From NCBI GenBank assembly GCA_022729235.1, contig JALDAJ010000001.1:928001-992000 (forward strand): a stretch of 64,000 bases of DNA, given 5' to 3'. A program made the translations under genes and the position numbers. Source of the stretch: Candidatus Nanohalarchaeota archaeon (GTDB lineage: Archaea > Nanohalarchaeota > Nanosalinia > Nanosalinales > Nanosalinaceae). The notes beneath the pieces are model-generated. The model was not told where the DNA came from. It was given only the letters and a program-made list of their open reading frames with translations, and made no database searches. This document shows positions 37,951-47,287 of the stretch, one piece after another; position 1 is the first letter of the stretch, and every line of letters begins with the position of its first letter.

Positions 37951-39165
37951 ATGATAGACAAGCTTCTATCACGTTTCCGTGAACCACTGGAAACAAGTCT
38001 TGAGGATGCCGAAGATTTTTTCCGGGAACAGAGACAGGAAGAGCTCAGGGAGGCGGAGAAACGTTTCAAAGAGCTGGAGCATCGGCTGGAGGAAGACCTT
38101 GAAGAACTGAAGGCTGACCTGGAAGAGTTAGAGGGTTACGATGACTACAAGGACAGAACAGTGATAGAGGACGTGGTTGATAATATCTCCCGGGACAGGC
38201 AGAAACTGCTGGAAGAGCTTGAGCTCCCAGGACACCCGGAGGAGCTGCTGGACGCGCTTGAGGAACTGCTCGAGGATTTCAACGATCTCTCGCGCAAGGA
38301 AGCAGCGGTCATCAAGGAAGCTAACCTGATGAACGAGATACAGGAGCCGATGACGGATATACAGGAGGTAAGAAAAGAGCTGGAAGACTTTCTCGAAGAC
38401 GAGTACAAAGTGAGGAAGACGCTGGAACAGCTGGAAGAACTGTCTGGACAGAGGGAGCAACTCCAGCTAGAGATAGAGGAGAGAGAACTGGAGCTAGAAG
38501 ATATCGACCGGGAGAGCGTGGACCAGGCAATCGAGAGCAATGAGCGCGAGGTAGAAAATCTTCTTGATAGCGGGGAGTGGCAGGACTACCAGGGATTGCA
38601 GGAACAGCTGGAAGAAGCAAGAAGGCGCAAGAAAGAGCAGGAGCAGGAGCTTGGCAAGGCGGTTAACAGGATGGAGCGCGGGATGAAGAAACTGGTCTAC
38701 CAGATAAAAAACGGTGACATAGAGTTCGAGGGCGATGTTTCAGTCCTTGAAGACATACGCGACGGTAACACGGGAGAACTCGTGGAAAAACCAGGGGAGG
38801 TGGTCAAGGCAGCGGAAGACGCCACGGGCGTACTACCGATGGACCTGCTTGACGACGCCTCGCATAGAAAGTTCATGGACGGCGCCGAGTTCCTGATGGG
38901 TCTTCCCTCTCACCACCAGGAATTAATGGAGATCAACGACCGTATCGAAGAACTGGAAGAAAAGGTCGATAACCACTCTGCCAGAGAGAAGAAAAAGGAG
39001 CTGGAAGAGGAGCGAGAAGAGCTGGAGCAGGAGATAGCGGAACTCGAGAAGAAACGAAACAGACTTGAGAAAGAGATAGAGGAGAAAGAAAAGAAACTGT
39101 CAGACACCGAACAGCAGATAAAAGAGACCTTAACCTCTTCTTTCAGGCGCAGGGTAGTGTTCTAG
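37951..39165 (+). CDS. Long acidic coiled-coil protein
   Basis: Heptad-rich E/L/K sequence; start set at ATG 37951. Confidence 0.8.
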   Translation: MIDKLLSRFREPLETSLEDAEDFFREQRQEELREAEKRFKELEHRLEEDLEELKADLEELEGYDDYKDRTVIEDVVDNISRDRQKLLEELELPGHPEELLDALEELLEDFNDLSRKEAAVIKEANLMNEIQEPMTDIQEVRKELEDFLEDEYKVRKTLEQLEELSGQREQLQLEIEERELELEDIDRESVDQAIESNEREVENLLDSGEWQDYQGLQEQLEEARRRKKEQEQELGKAVNRMERGMKKLVYQIKNGDIEFEGDVSVLEDIRDGNTGELVEKPGEVVKAAEDATGVLPMDLLDDASHRKFMDGAEFLMGLPSHHQELMEINDRIEELEEKVDNHSAREKKKELEEEREELEQEIAELEKKRNRLEKEIEEKEKKLSDTEQQIKETLTSSFRRRVVF

Positions 39166-39170
39166 GCGGA

Positions 39171-39554
39171 CTACAGATAATCCTCTACACAGTCAAGCCC
39201 TAACTCCTCTATGAGAACCTCGTATGCTTTCTCTCTAGTAGCGTATGTTTCAGTTTCAGGAGACCCGAACCTTTCCTTTCTGATTCTGACTTCAAACCTT
39301 TCGCACAACTCGGTTTGGTTTTCGCCGTATAACCTGTAGTTATCTCTTATGTACACTGCTCCCCCTCCTGCGTTAGGCTCTACTGCGTGGAAAATGTGAG
39401 AGGCGGGATTACTTTGTGTTGAAACGTATTCTGAATCCTCTATTATGGAGTAGTTATCGATAACGAGGTTATGTGCTTTTGACGTGTTTGGAGTATCTGG
39501 GCTTCCAGAGTCTTCAGCTGATTTAGCCATCCTTCCCGTCCTTAACATATGCAA
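39171..39554 (-). CDS. Hypothetical protein
   Basis: ORF with acidic composition. Confidence 0.55.
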   Translation of the reverse strand: MHMLRTGRMAKSAEDSGSPDTPNTSKAHNLVIDNYSIIEDSEYVSTQSNPASHIFHAVEPNAGGGAVYIRDNYRLYGENQTELCERFEVRIRKERFGSPETETYATREKAYEVLIEELGLDCVEDYL

Positions 39555-39631
39555 AGGTCGCTTTTCAACGTCCCCGAGAATTTTTAACTGTGCCGAGTCA
39601 ATAACTCAAGCAGTAGTCCTCTCACAAATTG

Positions 39632-39898
39632 CTATACTAAGGAGGTCCATGCGTCATCCTCCAGATCCAGGTCGTGTTCCTCTATGATTCTACCTGTCTT
39701 CTCCATCCTATCCGTCATGGAATTATAGTCAAATCCCTCCTTCAGACCATCGGTATACAAGTCAACGAACTCCCAGTAATCCCTGCTATCTTCAGCTAGC
39801 TCTCTTGCCATCTCTTCTTCAGTATCAAACCTGTCGAAATCTATATCCCGGGACTCTATCTCGTTTATGTGTTCCGGGGTGTAACTCTTGGAACTCAT
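39632..39898 (-). CDS. Hypothetical acidic protein
   Basis: 88-aa ORF. Confidence 0.65.
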   Translation of the reverse strand: MSSKSYTPEHINEIESRDIDFDRFDTEEEMARELAEDSRDYWEFVDLYTDGLKEGFDYNSMTDRMEKTGRIIEEHDLDLEDDAWTSLV

Positions 39899-40009
39899 CC
39901 TGTATCGACCACGAAGTTAGTATCCAGTAACTCCTATTTAGAAAATCTTACACAGGAACAAAACCGTTCATCGATACGTATCCAATATCTCATAAAACGG
40001 AGCAACCCT

Positions 40010-40219
40010 CTATACATCCCGACCACCTCTCGCCACGAGGACGTCTACTTCCTCGCCCTTTTCAAGCTGGAGTTTATCGCGGACGCGAGAAGGAATCACG
40101 ATACGTCCACGAGAATCGGTTCTAGCAGTAAAGCACGACAGCTCATCGGGTACTGAACTGTCTTCTGTAAACGCGTCCACCCTTCGAGGATGGCTTCCTG
40201 GTATGTGTCTCCATATCAA
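40010..40219 (-). CDS. AbrB/MazE/SpoVT DNA-binding protein
   Basis: DSRGRIVIPSRVRDKLQLEKGEEV. Confidence 0.8.
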   Translation of the reverse strand: MIWRHIPGSHPRRVDAFTEDSSVPDELSCFTARTDSRGRIVIPSRVRDKLQLEKGEEVDVLVARGGRDV

Positions 40220-40335
40220 TCACGTCTAACCAACTTTTAGCACAGACACAGTTTTAACATTTTGTGGGGAGAAGACCAGGGCTGAAGGTAATCCTACGGA
40301 AAAGTATATTATAGAGCACATATAACGCTTTGTAG

Positions 40336-40746
40336 ATGGCTATATCTGCCCAGAACAGCAGCTTGCCCGGCGTAAAGCAGGCGAGAAACAGAGAATACGC
40401 TGAGATAGAACAAGACAGTGATCTTAGCGGAAAACTGGAGGAAGTAGCTAAATCCGCTCTTTCACAGAAAGACAATGAGATAGATGGCATCGAAACAGTC
40501 TTGGAAACAGGGACCTGCGTGACCATGCTAAGAGACAATGGGGATAGTGCATCCGCACTTCTGTACGGCAAACACAGCGGAATATACTTTCCTGTGATCC
40601 GCATCCAGCTGAACAAGTGCGGATTCAGCAAGAACATAAAGAACAGGGAAAACCTACCAGACCAGTACAAAGTACCTATCAATAACGAAGCAGTCGAGAT
40701 GGATGAGGGAAGTATACTAGCTATGCAGAAGATGAAAAGATACTGA
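40336..40746 (+). CDS. Hypothetical protein
   Basis: 136-aa ORF after AT-rich promoter-like region. Confidence 0.55.
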   Translation: MAISAQNSSLPGVKQARNREYAEIEQDSDLSGKLEEVAKSALSQKDNEIDGIETVLETGTCVTMLRDNGDSASALLYGKHSGIYFPVIRIQLNKCGFSKNIKNRENLPDQYKVPINNEAVEMDEGSILAMQKMKRY

Positions 40747-40792
40747 CCTCTCCCGAACAGACTAAAAGTTTACGGGACCGGACAGCCCAGGG

Positions 40793-41467
40793 ATGCCGGA
40801 CAACAGGTTCATAGATGAGGAGAAACTGGAGTACTACCGCGACAGGAGGAACACGATACTGCGTGGTCTTTCATCAGGCGTCGACCGGTCAAAGGAGCCC
40901 GCCAAGTCCGGTGTCGTAGTCCTTTTCCCAGTCTTCGTCCTTGGACTGGTTATTTACTGGCTTGCCGGCGTCCTTGATAACATCCCTCTACTCCTCGAGG
41001 TTCCGATAACAGGATTATACACCGTTGACATGATACTGCAGATGCTGACCGTCCTCGTAATGGCAAGTCTTGCAACAGCAGTGACCGGACAGCTTGTCAC
41101 AACCGAGAGAGGTTTCCGCGTTGAGAAGGCACTGGACAGGACAGCAGAAAAAATACCTGTCCTTGGCACGGTCTACAGGATTTCAAAAGTGACTGCGGAC
41201 ACCGTAGTGAAAGGTCCGGAAGAACTCAGGGAACCGGTCAAACTCGACTTTAACGGTGTGAGGCTGAACGCTTTCAGAACCGGCAACACCACCATCGATG
41301 GGAGAAAAATCCTGGTCCTGCCGACCGCACCGAACGTCACCTCCGGCCTCGTCCTGGAGGTCGACCCTGAAAGGTACGGGGAACCAGGCGAGGACACCGA
41401 GGAGATACTCACCCGGATCTTCAGCGCAGGGTTCGGGCACTCGAAGAACGGCGAGAAAGACAGCTAG
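40793..41467 (+). CDS. DUF502 family membrane protein
   Basis: KIPVLGTVY, PTAPNVTSG, IFSAG. Confidence 0.85.
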   Translation: MPDNRFIDEEKLEYYRDRRNTILRGLSSGVDRSKEPAKSGVVVLFPVFVLGLVIYWLAGVLDNIPLLLEVPITGLYTVDMILQMLTVLVMASLATAVTGQLVTTERGFRVEKALDRTAEKIPVLGTVYRISKVTADTVVKGPEELREPVKLDFNGVRLNAFRTGNTTIDGRKILVLPTAPNVTSGLVLEVDPERYGEPGEDTEEILTRIFSAGFGHSKNGEKDS

Positions 41468-41473
41468 CGCCCG

Positions 41474-42622
41474 CTAGAAAGTCGAGATATCTCCCTGGAT
41501 ACACCTATCTGTCACGTCTTCTACAGAATCAAACTTTCTCGCCACGACCTCGTTAACAGTCTTCTCGTCCGCCGATGTCTCCACTTCAACCGCCCGCGGC
41601 TCGTCTACAGGGACGCCTATCTGCGATAACAGCTTGACTTCCGCGAACCCTCCTGTCCTCTCGTAAATCGCGCGGGCGATGTCGTCCGCGAGCAGGTTGT
41701 AGATCTTGCCGACGTGCGTCACCGGGTTTTTACCGGAGGCGGCCTCGAGCGACATGGAGCGGTGAGGCGTGATGAGCCCATTGACCCTGTTTCCTCTGCC
41801 GACGCTGCCATCGTCTCCCATCTCCGCGGAAGTTCCGGTGACGGTCAGGTAGACCGCGTCCTCCTTCGGCTCGTCGGCAGTATTAACATGTATAACAGGT
41901 TCCAGCAGGGTGTTCTCCTCGACTATTTCTTTCACGACTGCCTCGACCTGGCGGGTAACATCAAGGTACTCATCCAGCCCCGGGACCTCTCGGGCGATAA
42001 CTGCGGTCGCCACGGTCAGGTCCAGCTCTTCTCCTTTCCTGAACCCCATGACTTTCACATCTTCACCTACCGCATCTATCCTTCTATGTAGCTCGGCCTC
42101 GACTTCCCTCACCGCGAGCTCTGCATCACTTAATGGCGCGTGCCCCACACCAAAACTGGTATCGTTTGATTTACGCGATTCACCGGAGAATACCTCTTTA
42201 AGATCAGTCGAAGTCTCACCTATTCTCGACTCTAACTCGATGTCATCAGAGCTAAGCACCTTGAAATTACTGTCTATATAGTCTTTCGCGGCGTCCAAAG
42301 CTATCCGGTCCACTGGGATTTTCTTGCCATCAAACTCTCTTGTCGCTCTGCCGGCAAGTAAAAGAAAAATCGGTTCAATTACCTCGCCAGAACTGAACCT
42401 GGGGTTACTGCTCCCCGCCACCAGCTGCACCTCGTCGGTGTTGTGGTGCAGAACTTTTCCGAAACGGTCGCGGTACTCCTTACTGAGTGCGCGGGAAACG
42501 GCCTCCGCCACGCCATCGCTTATGGAGTCGGGGTGTCCAAGTCCTTTCCTCTCCACGAGCTCGGTTTCTCTCTGTTTTACCGGGTCTTCATCTACACGGT
42601 GTATAACCGGTCCTGCTGTCAT
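41474..42622 (-). CDS. mat: S-adenosylmethionine synthetase (archaeal type)
   Basis: ERKGLGHPDSI, HHNTD, NDTSFGVG, GTSAEMGDDGSVGRGNR, GKNPVTHVGKIYN. Confidence 0.97.
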   Translation of the reverse strand: MTAGPVIHRVDEDPVKQRETELVERKGLGHPDSISDGVAEAVSRALSKEYRDRFGKVLHHNTDEVQLVAGSSNPRFSSGEVIEPIFLLLAGRATREFDGKKIPVDRIALDAAKDYIDSNFKVLSSDDIELESRIGETSTDLKEVFSGESRKSNDTSFGVGHAPLSDAELAVREVEAELHRRIDAVGEDVKVMGFRKGEELDLTVATAVIAREVPGLDEYLDVTRQVEAVVKEIVEENTLLEPVIHVNTADEPKEDAVYLTVTGTSAEMGDDGSVGRGNRVNGLITPHRSMSLEAASGKNPVTHVGKIYNLLADDIARAIYERTGGFAEVKLLSQIGVPVDEPRAVEVETSADEKTVNEVVARKFDSVEDVTDRCIQGDISTF

Positions 42623-42631
42623 CCTCTACCT

Positions 42632-42742
42632 TCACACACCGTAGTAGTCGGCCAGGTTGTGAAGCCCGGTTTCTCTCCTGTTTCTTCTATCTTTTTTACC
42701 TGCAGAACATTTTCCATCGATACGTTCGGCTGTCGCTGTCAT
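42632..42742 (-). CDS. Possible 36-aa leader peptide upstream of mat
   Basis: MTATAERIDGKCSAGKKDRRNRRETGLHNLADYYGV; stop 9 nt before mat ATG. Confidence 0.35.
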   Translation of the reverse strand: MTATAERIDGKCSAGKKDRRNRRETGLHNLADYYGV

Positions 42743-42808
42743 CTCAGGGAAGAGTTGGTTGCGGTACAGGATAATAGTTAAAAAATATTCTTGCTCTATA
42801 TTCAATCC

Positions 42809-43348
42809 ATGAATCTTGTCCCCCGGGAGGAACTGGCGAAGATGCTAAGGAGGAAGCGCCAGCGCATCGGCGTGAAACAGAAGAAGGCTGCCTCTGTTGC
42901 AGGCCTAAGTGCGAGCCACGTCAACCGCATCGAGAACGACACCACCAACCCCAGCTATAACTCTGTCTACCAGTTATGGAAGGCGCTCGACCAGCTGGAG
43001 CAGAAAGAGGTGAAGACCGCGTCTGACCTGATGAACGCTCCTGTTGCCAGTGCCTTGAAAACAGACATACTTGAGGAAATCGCCCGTAAAATGCGGGAGG
43101 GAAACTTCTCCCAGCTCCCAGTAATGGAAAACGACGAATGTGTCGGCAGGATAACTGAGTCTGCGATTATAGAAGCTGGAGATCCTGATATTCAAGTGAA
43201 AGAGGTAATGGGCTCGCGTCTCATGGAAGTCCAGAAGTCTACTCCTGCGGACGCGATAAGGGAGATACTGAAGAACGAGCCCGCGATACTTGTCACCAGT
43301 GGAAGCGGGGAACCAGAGGGCATCATAACCAAGGCCGACCTGCTGTAG
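42809..43348 (+). CDS. XRE-HTH + CBS-pair transcriptional regulator
   Basis: LRRKR...Q...A...GLS.SHVNRIE...NPSY HTH; FSQLPV, GIITKADLL. Confidence 0.9.
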   Translation: MNLVPREELAKMLRRKRQRIGVKQKKAASVAGLSASHVNRIENDTTNPSYNSVYQLWKALDQLEQKEVKTASDLMNAPVASALKTDILEEIARKMREGNFSQLPVMENDECVGRITESAIIEAGDPDIQVKEVMGSRLMEVQKSTPADAIREILKNEPAILVTSGSGEPEGIITKADLL

Positions 43349-43422
43349 ACACAGACCCCGGAAGCCTGCAGTCCCGCGTTTCTCGAGGCATTAATTATTA
43401 ACGGGGAGTACGAAGCTTACTC

Positions 43423-43800
43423 ATGTCAGAGTACAGGCCCGGGAGACAGCCCAGGGACACGGATATCGAAAAGTTGAGAGGCAGGAACTTCAGGTTCACG
43501 AGACCTGACTACGGTGAGCTTGATGTCCAGGACTACGATATCGTCGCGGAAGTGTCCGGGGAACAACTGGATGTCCACGAGGTTTCAGGTGATGTCACGA
43601 GCGTGGAGTTCAACGGCAGGACCGCCAACGTCACAATCAACGCCAGCTCCTATCACGACTTCTCGGAGAGAGACACGAGGCTGCTGGAGTACGTATCCGA
43701 AAATTTCTACACATCCGGCAGGTACGCCAAAGGCGCGGCTGCGGTTGTAGGCGTCGCCACCTTCGCCGGGATCGCACACTACCTCGACCGCAGGCAGTGA
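43423..43800 (+). CDS. Hypothetical protein with C-terminal TM anchor
   Basis: ORF with C-terminal hydrophobic helix. Confidence 0.65.
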   Translation: MSEYRPGRQPRDTDIEKLRGRNFRFTRPDYGELDVQDYDIVAEVSGEQLDVHEVSGDVTSVEFNGRTANVTINASSYHDFSERDTRLLEYVSENFYTSGRYAKGAAAVVGVATFAGIAHYLDRRQ

Positions 43801-43841
43801 CCACGTAAACCGGTAAAAAGCTATTCTCGCATACAGACCAC

Positions 43842-44201
43842 ATGGAACTCTCACAGCTACAGGAGAAGTACATCAAGTTCATAGAGGAACGGGACTGGCA
43901 GAAGTTCCACCAGCCGAAGAACGTCGCGATGGCACTATCCGTAGAAGCCTCCGAGTTAATGGAACTGTTCCAGTGGAAGGACAACGTCGCCATAGAGAAA
44001 ATCAAAGACGACGAGGAACTGATGGAGAACATCCGCGGCGAACTCGCCGACGTAACACTGTATGCGATGAGCCTCGCCCACCACCTCGACATCGACCTCG
44101 AACAGGCAGTCAACGACAAGCTCGACCACATCCACGACCGCTACGACAAAGAAACAGCGGAAGAAATGACAGAAGAACTGGAAGAATGGCGGAGAGAGTA
44201 A
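43842..44201 (+). CDS. MazG-like nucleotide pyrophosphohydrolase (dCTPase type)
   Basis: ERDWQKFHQPKN, EASELME.FQW, ELADV. Confidence 0.93.
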   Translation: MELSQLQEKYIKFIEERDWQKFHQPKNVAMALSVEASELMELFQWKDNVAIEKIKDDEELMENIRGELADVTLYAMSLAHHLDIDLEQAVNDKLDHIHDRYDKETAEEMTEELEEWRRE

Positions 44202-44289
44202 ACATTTGAAGTTCAGCTAACCTTTGACAGAGTGCCACTTACCTTTAAAGTCTGTATCCCGTGTATTGGGATATAGAGGTTGAGACCCT

Positions 44290-44466
44290 ATGGGCGCCAC
44301 AAAGAAGGAGATTGTTAAGCAGGTTATAGAGGACAACCAGAAGGGTTTTGAGAGACTGGCTAGAGAAGAACCTGCTGCTGAGAGAAGAAGCAGATTGAAG
44401 CGTTTAGAGCGCAAGATCAAGGATTTTCTACAGAACGAGAAAGAAGTAGGACATATTAGAGCCTAA
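44290..44466 (+). CDS. 58-aa putative Doc-partner antitoxin (not in ORF track)
   Basis: MGATKKEIVKQVIEDNQKGFERLAREE...; 'VIEDN..FERLA' resembles Doc-neutralising helices; convergent with the Doc-like gene. Confidence 0.5.
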   Translation: MGATKKEIVKQVIEDNQKGFERLAREEPAAERRSRLKRLERKIKDFLQNEKEVGHIRA

Positions 44467-44996
44467 TCGGTTAGTTTTTGCTTTAGATAGTCGTAAAAAT
44501 CCTCTCTACTCATCGTGTCTTCGTTATCTGTACCATCTATTGCTAAAGCCGATAATTTATCCGTGAAATCACGCGTAAGACGCGGATATACCGCATCCTC
44601 ATCCTTCATTATCTGGCATTCGATAAGGAAGAGAACTCCTGTCATGTATGCTGTTCTCTTGTTTCCCTCTCCAAAAGCCTGGTTCTGTGCTATCTCCGAC
44701 ATTATCACCGATGTGAGCCAGAGAACAGAATTATCCTCTCTACATTCACGGGGTAGTATCTGCTCAATCAGTGTTTCTATCCGTCCCGGATCCCTGAAGT
44801 CGTGGTAGTCCTCTGACCGGTTAGTTTCCAATCCCTCTCCTTCAATACCATCATTAGCCAGCTTTTCTACAAAACCCTATTTTTCACGGTCTTTAAGGTT
44901 CTCCGGATCGGTTATCATGTTATTTATGACCGCCACTTCCTCTACAGAAACTAATTCTGGAACCTTATCGCACTCGACGGTCAGGTCTTCAATCAT
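44463..44996 (-). pseudogene. Fic/Doc family protein with in-frame TAG at codon 40 (44877-44879)
   Basis: ATG 44996 in frame: ...LKDREK*GFVEK...; motif QAFGEGNKRT (Doc consensus HxFxDGNKR). Confidence 0.7.
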
Positions 44997-45106
44997 TTCA
45001 AGAACTATTGGTAACTCAACAGCCTTTTAGTTTTAGGTCGTAGTATGTATCGACCAATGGAGATGCCTCATCACAGAGGACGATTTCCTTTAAGCGTTAT
45101 GCAGTT

Positions 45107-45814
45107 CTACAGTATCTCGACTATCTCCCCTAATTCTTTGTTAGGACGGTAGAGTTTGGCCGGTCTGTGAGACACGTTCTTGGTCTTCTCGCCAGTGTAT
45201 TCTACTAAATCCTGTTTCTTGACCTTCTTCCTGAAGTTTCTCTTGTCGAACTCCCTGTCGAAAACTGTTTCGTAGACGTCCTGGAGGTCTGTAAGGGTAA
45301 ACCTGTCGGGCAGGAACGAGAACGCGGCTGTCGTGTACTCCATCTTCCACCTCAGCCGTTTAACCGCGTAGTCAAGTATGTCTTTATGGTCGAAAGCCAG
45401 TTCCGGATGATCCTTAACAGGGTACCATTCAACGTCTGCGACATCGTCTGTCTTGCTGATGTTAACTTCCTCTGAGTTGACGAGCGCGAAGTAACCGACT
45501 GTTATGATGTAGGTTTCCGGGTTCCTGTCAGGCTCACCGAACGTGTAGAGCTGTTCCAGGTAAACGTCTTCCTTTACCCCGGTCTGTTCGTGAAGCGCTC
45601 TCTCCGCGGCGGTTTCAACTGATTCATCCATCTTGATGAACCCTGTTGGGAGCGCCCATTCTCCCTTAACCGGTTCGTACTTCCTGTTGATGAGGAGTGC
45701 TTTGAGCTCGCCGTCTTCCACCGTGAAGATTGTCAGCGTTACCGTTACAGACGGCCTGTTGAAGTCTGTCTCGTAGTAGTCCTTCGGACCCTCGAATTTT
45801 TTGTCCTCGACCAT
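45107..45814 (-). CDS. nrtR: NrtR family regulator (Nudix + wHTH)
   Basis: Degenerate Nudix box (WALPTGF...ERALHEQTG), LEQLYTF, LAFDH, FTLTDLQ.VYE, DKRNFRKK, HRPAKLY. Confidence 0.92.
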   Translation of the reverse strand: MVEDKKFEGPKDYYETDFNRPSVTVTLTIFTVEDGELKALLINRKYEPVKGEWALPTGFIKMDESVETAAERALHEQTGVKEDVYLEQLYTFGEPDRNPETYIITVGYFALVNSEEVNISKTDDVADVEWYPVKDHPELAFDHKDILDYAVKRLRWKMEYTTAAFSFLPDRFTLTDLQDVYETVFDREFDKRNFRKKVKKQDLVEYTGEKTKNVSHRPAKLYRPNKELGEIVEIL

Positions 45815-45816
45815 AA

Positions 45817-45838
45817 CTTCGTGTACGCTCTACAATAA
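45817..45838. promoter_or_regulatory. Putative NrtR operator upstream of nrtR (GT-ACGCTCT-ACAATAA)
   Basis: GT-N7-AC core with the ACAATAA half-site shared with the 48645 sites. Confidence 0.6.
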
Positions 45839-45890
45839 TAAAAAGTGAATGGAGGGGTTAGAAGATAACATCCACCGGTTTTTGGTTTTA

Positions 45891-46637
45891 TTATCGGCGT
45901 CCTCCAAGCAGTTCTACGACCTCACTGGATTTCACCATGTGGACGTTATCGTGTTCCTCCCACTGTTCTCTCGCCGGGTCTGCGAGTTCATCGGCCAGTC
46001 TCTCGATCCCGTCCTCAAGGACGTAGACCTCGACTCCTCTTTCCGCGTGTCCCATAACGTTCTCGTTTACGCACACACCTTCTGTTACCCCACCGGTTAT
46101 GGTCACGTCATAGTCCAGCTCCTCATATAATGGATCCATGTGCGGCGAGCCCTCGAACACGTTGAACTCGTTCTTGAGCACGACCGGCTCTAGCGGGACT
46201 CCTCCATCAGCAGCCACTCTCCTTATCTTACCGTCCACGTCTTCTTCTCTCCAGTCCAGGTAAACCGGATTCACTGGCGCTGTCTCTTCTATAAAGTCCG
46301 CGCCACCAGGTTCTACACCCATCACCTCTGCGTATCCGTCGGCAGGGCAGTGAGGCGGAAAAGTGTTCACTCCATCAGGTTCCTCATCCTCGTAAGGCAT
46401 GATGATCTCATCGTCCCGGGGTTCGTGCCAGTCCCCGGTGTGGACCACGGTGTACCCGTTTTCTCTAAGTGCCCCGAAGACATTGCCGAGATTATACCTG
46501 AGCTCAGGGTCCTCTGCCCCCTCAACGTAGAGGTTCCTGCCTTCGACCATGAAACCGATTTGTGTGTCGACGTTCATCCCGACAACAGTGAATTCCGGGT
46601 TTTCAAGGTATTGTCCTAGGTGTTGGATCGCGCTCAT
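45891..46637 (-). CDS. pncA: Nicotinamidase (isochorismatase family)
   Basis: VDTQIGF, DWH, FPPHC, K, G...GVCV; GAGGTGA SD before ATG 46637. Confidence 0.85.
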   Translation of the reverse strand: MSAIQHLGQYLENPEFTVVGMNVDTQIGFMVEGRNLYVEGAEDPELRYNLGNVFGALRENGYTVVHTGDWHEPRDDEIIMPYEDEEPDGVNTFPPHCPADGYAEVMGVEPGGADFIEETAPVNPVYLDWREEDVDGKIRRVAADGGVPLEPVVLKNEFNVFEGSPHMDPLYEELDYDVTITGGVTEGVCVNENVMGHAERGVEVYVLEDGIERLADELADPAREQWEEHDNVHMVKSSEVVELLGGRR

Positions 46638-46675
46638 ACTGTTTTTCACCTCTAATACTGTTTTCCCGCCCTGGT

Positions 46676-47287
46676 TCAGTTGAAGCCGCGTCTGTAGGAC
46701 GGCACATCGTTGACACCTTGCTCTAGGTTTTGAAGCCTCTGTGAAAGTTTCCCTACGAATTCTGGTCTTTTTCTCCTACCCGTAAGATACTCCGTCTCTA
46801 TGTCGAGAGGTTCATTTTCTGCAGGCCAGCCGTACATCTCCCCGGGTTCTGCGTCCCGGTACTTATCTTCCCCACGTATCTCATACTGCTCCGGTACATC
46901 GCTATCATCGAGCTGGACCTTTTCGCCATCCTCGAAAGTGTAACCGTGTCCACTGAATTTTCTCTCAACATCTCTTGCGACAACGCCCTCATGGGTCAGT
47001 ACTTCGTTGAACTCGTAGTGCCCACCGCGGCTCCACTCCTCGGAGTCTACCAGGACGACCGCTTCGCCTTCACTCAAAGCCTCCTGGACTGCGTAAAGTG
47101 TTTCTACAACATACTCTCTTCTCTCATCATTCAGCCCTGAGACCTCTTCTCTCTTCTGCCGGAGTTCTTCACGTTTCTCACCGAGAATGCTTTCCACCTC
47201 CTCAAGCCCCCTATTTCTTTCTTCAAGTACATGCGAGAAGACCGGTTCTCCGTCTTCTCCTGGAGCTTCTCTACTAGAAGCAACCAT
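46676..47287 (-). CDS. Hypothetical protein within NAD-salvage operon
   Basis: Abuts the NAPRT stop; acidic 203 aa. Confidence 0.7.
   Translation of the reverse strand: MVASSREAPGEDGEPVFSHVLEERNRGLEEVESILGEKREELRQKREEVSGLNDERREYVVETLYAVQEALSEGEAVVLVDSEEWSRGGHYEFNEVLTHEGVVARDVERKFSGHGYTFEDGEKVQLDDSDVPEQYEIRGEDKYRDAEPGEMYGWPAENEPLDIETEYLTGRRKRPEFVGKLSQRLQNLEQGVNDVPSYRRGFN

Noticed and set aside
37951-39165. SMC/Rad50 call for the coiled-coil protein
   Set aside because: No Walker A/B, signature motif or zinc hook visible.
39896-39935. LLDTNFVVD on the minus strand downstream of the AbrB gene, resembling a PIN/VapC start
   Set aside because: Only about 12 codons between stops with no start codon; could be chance.
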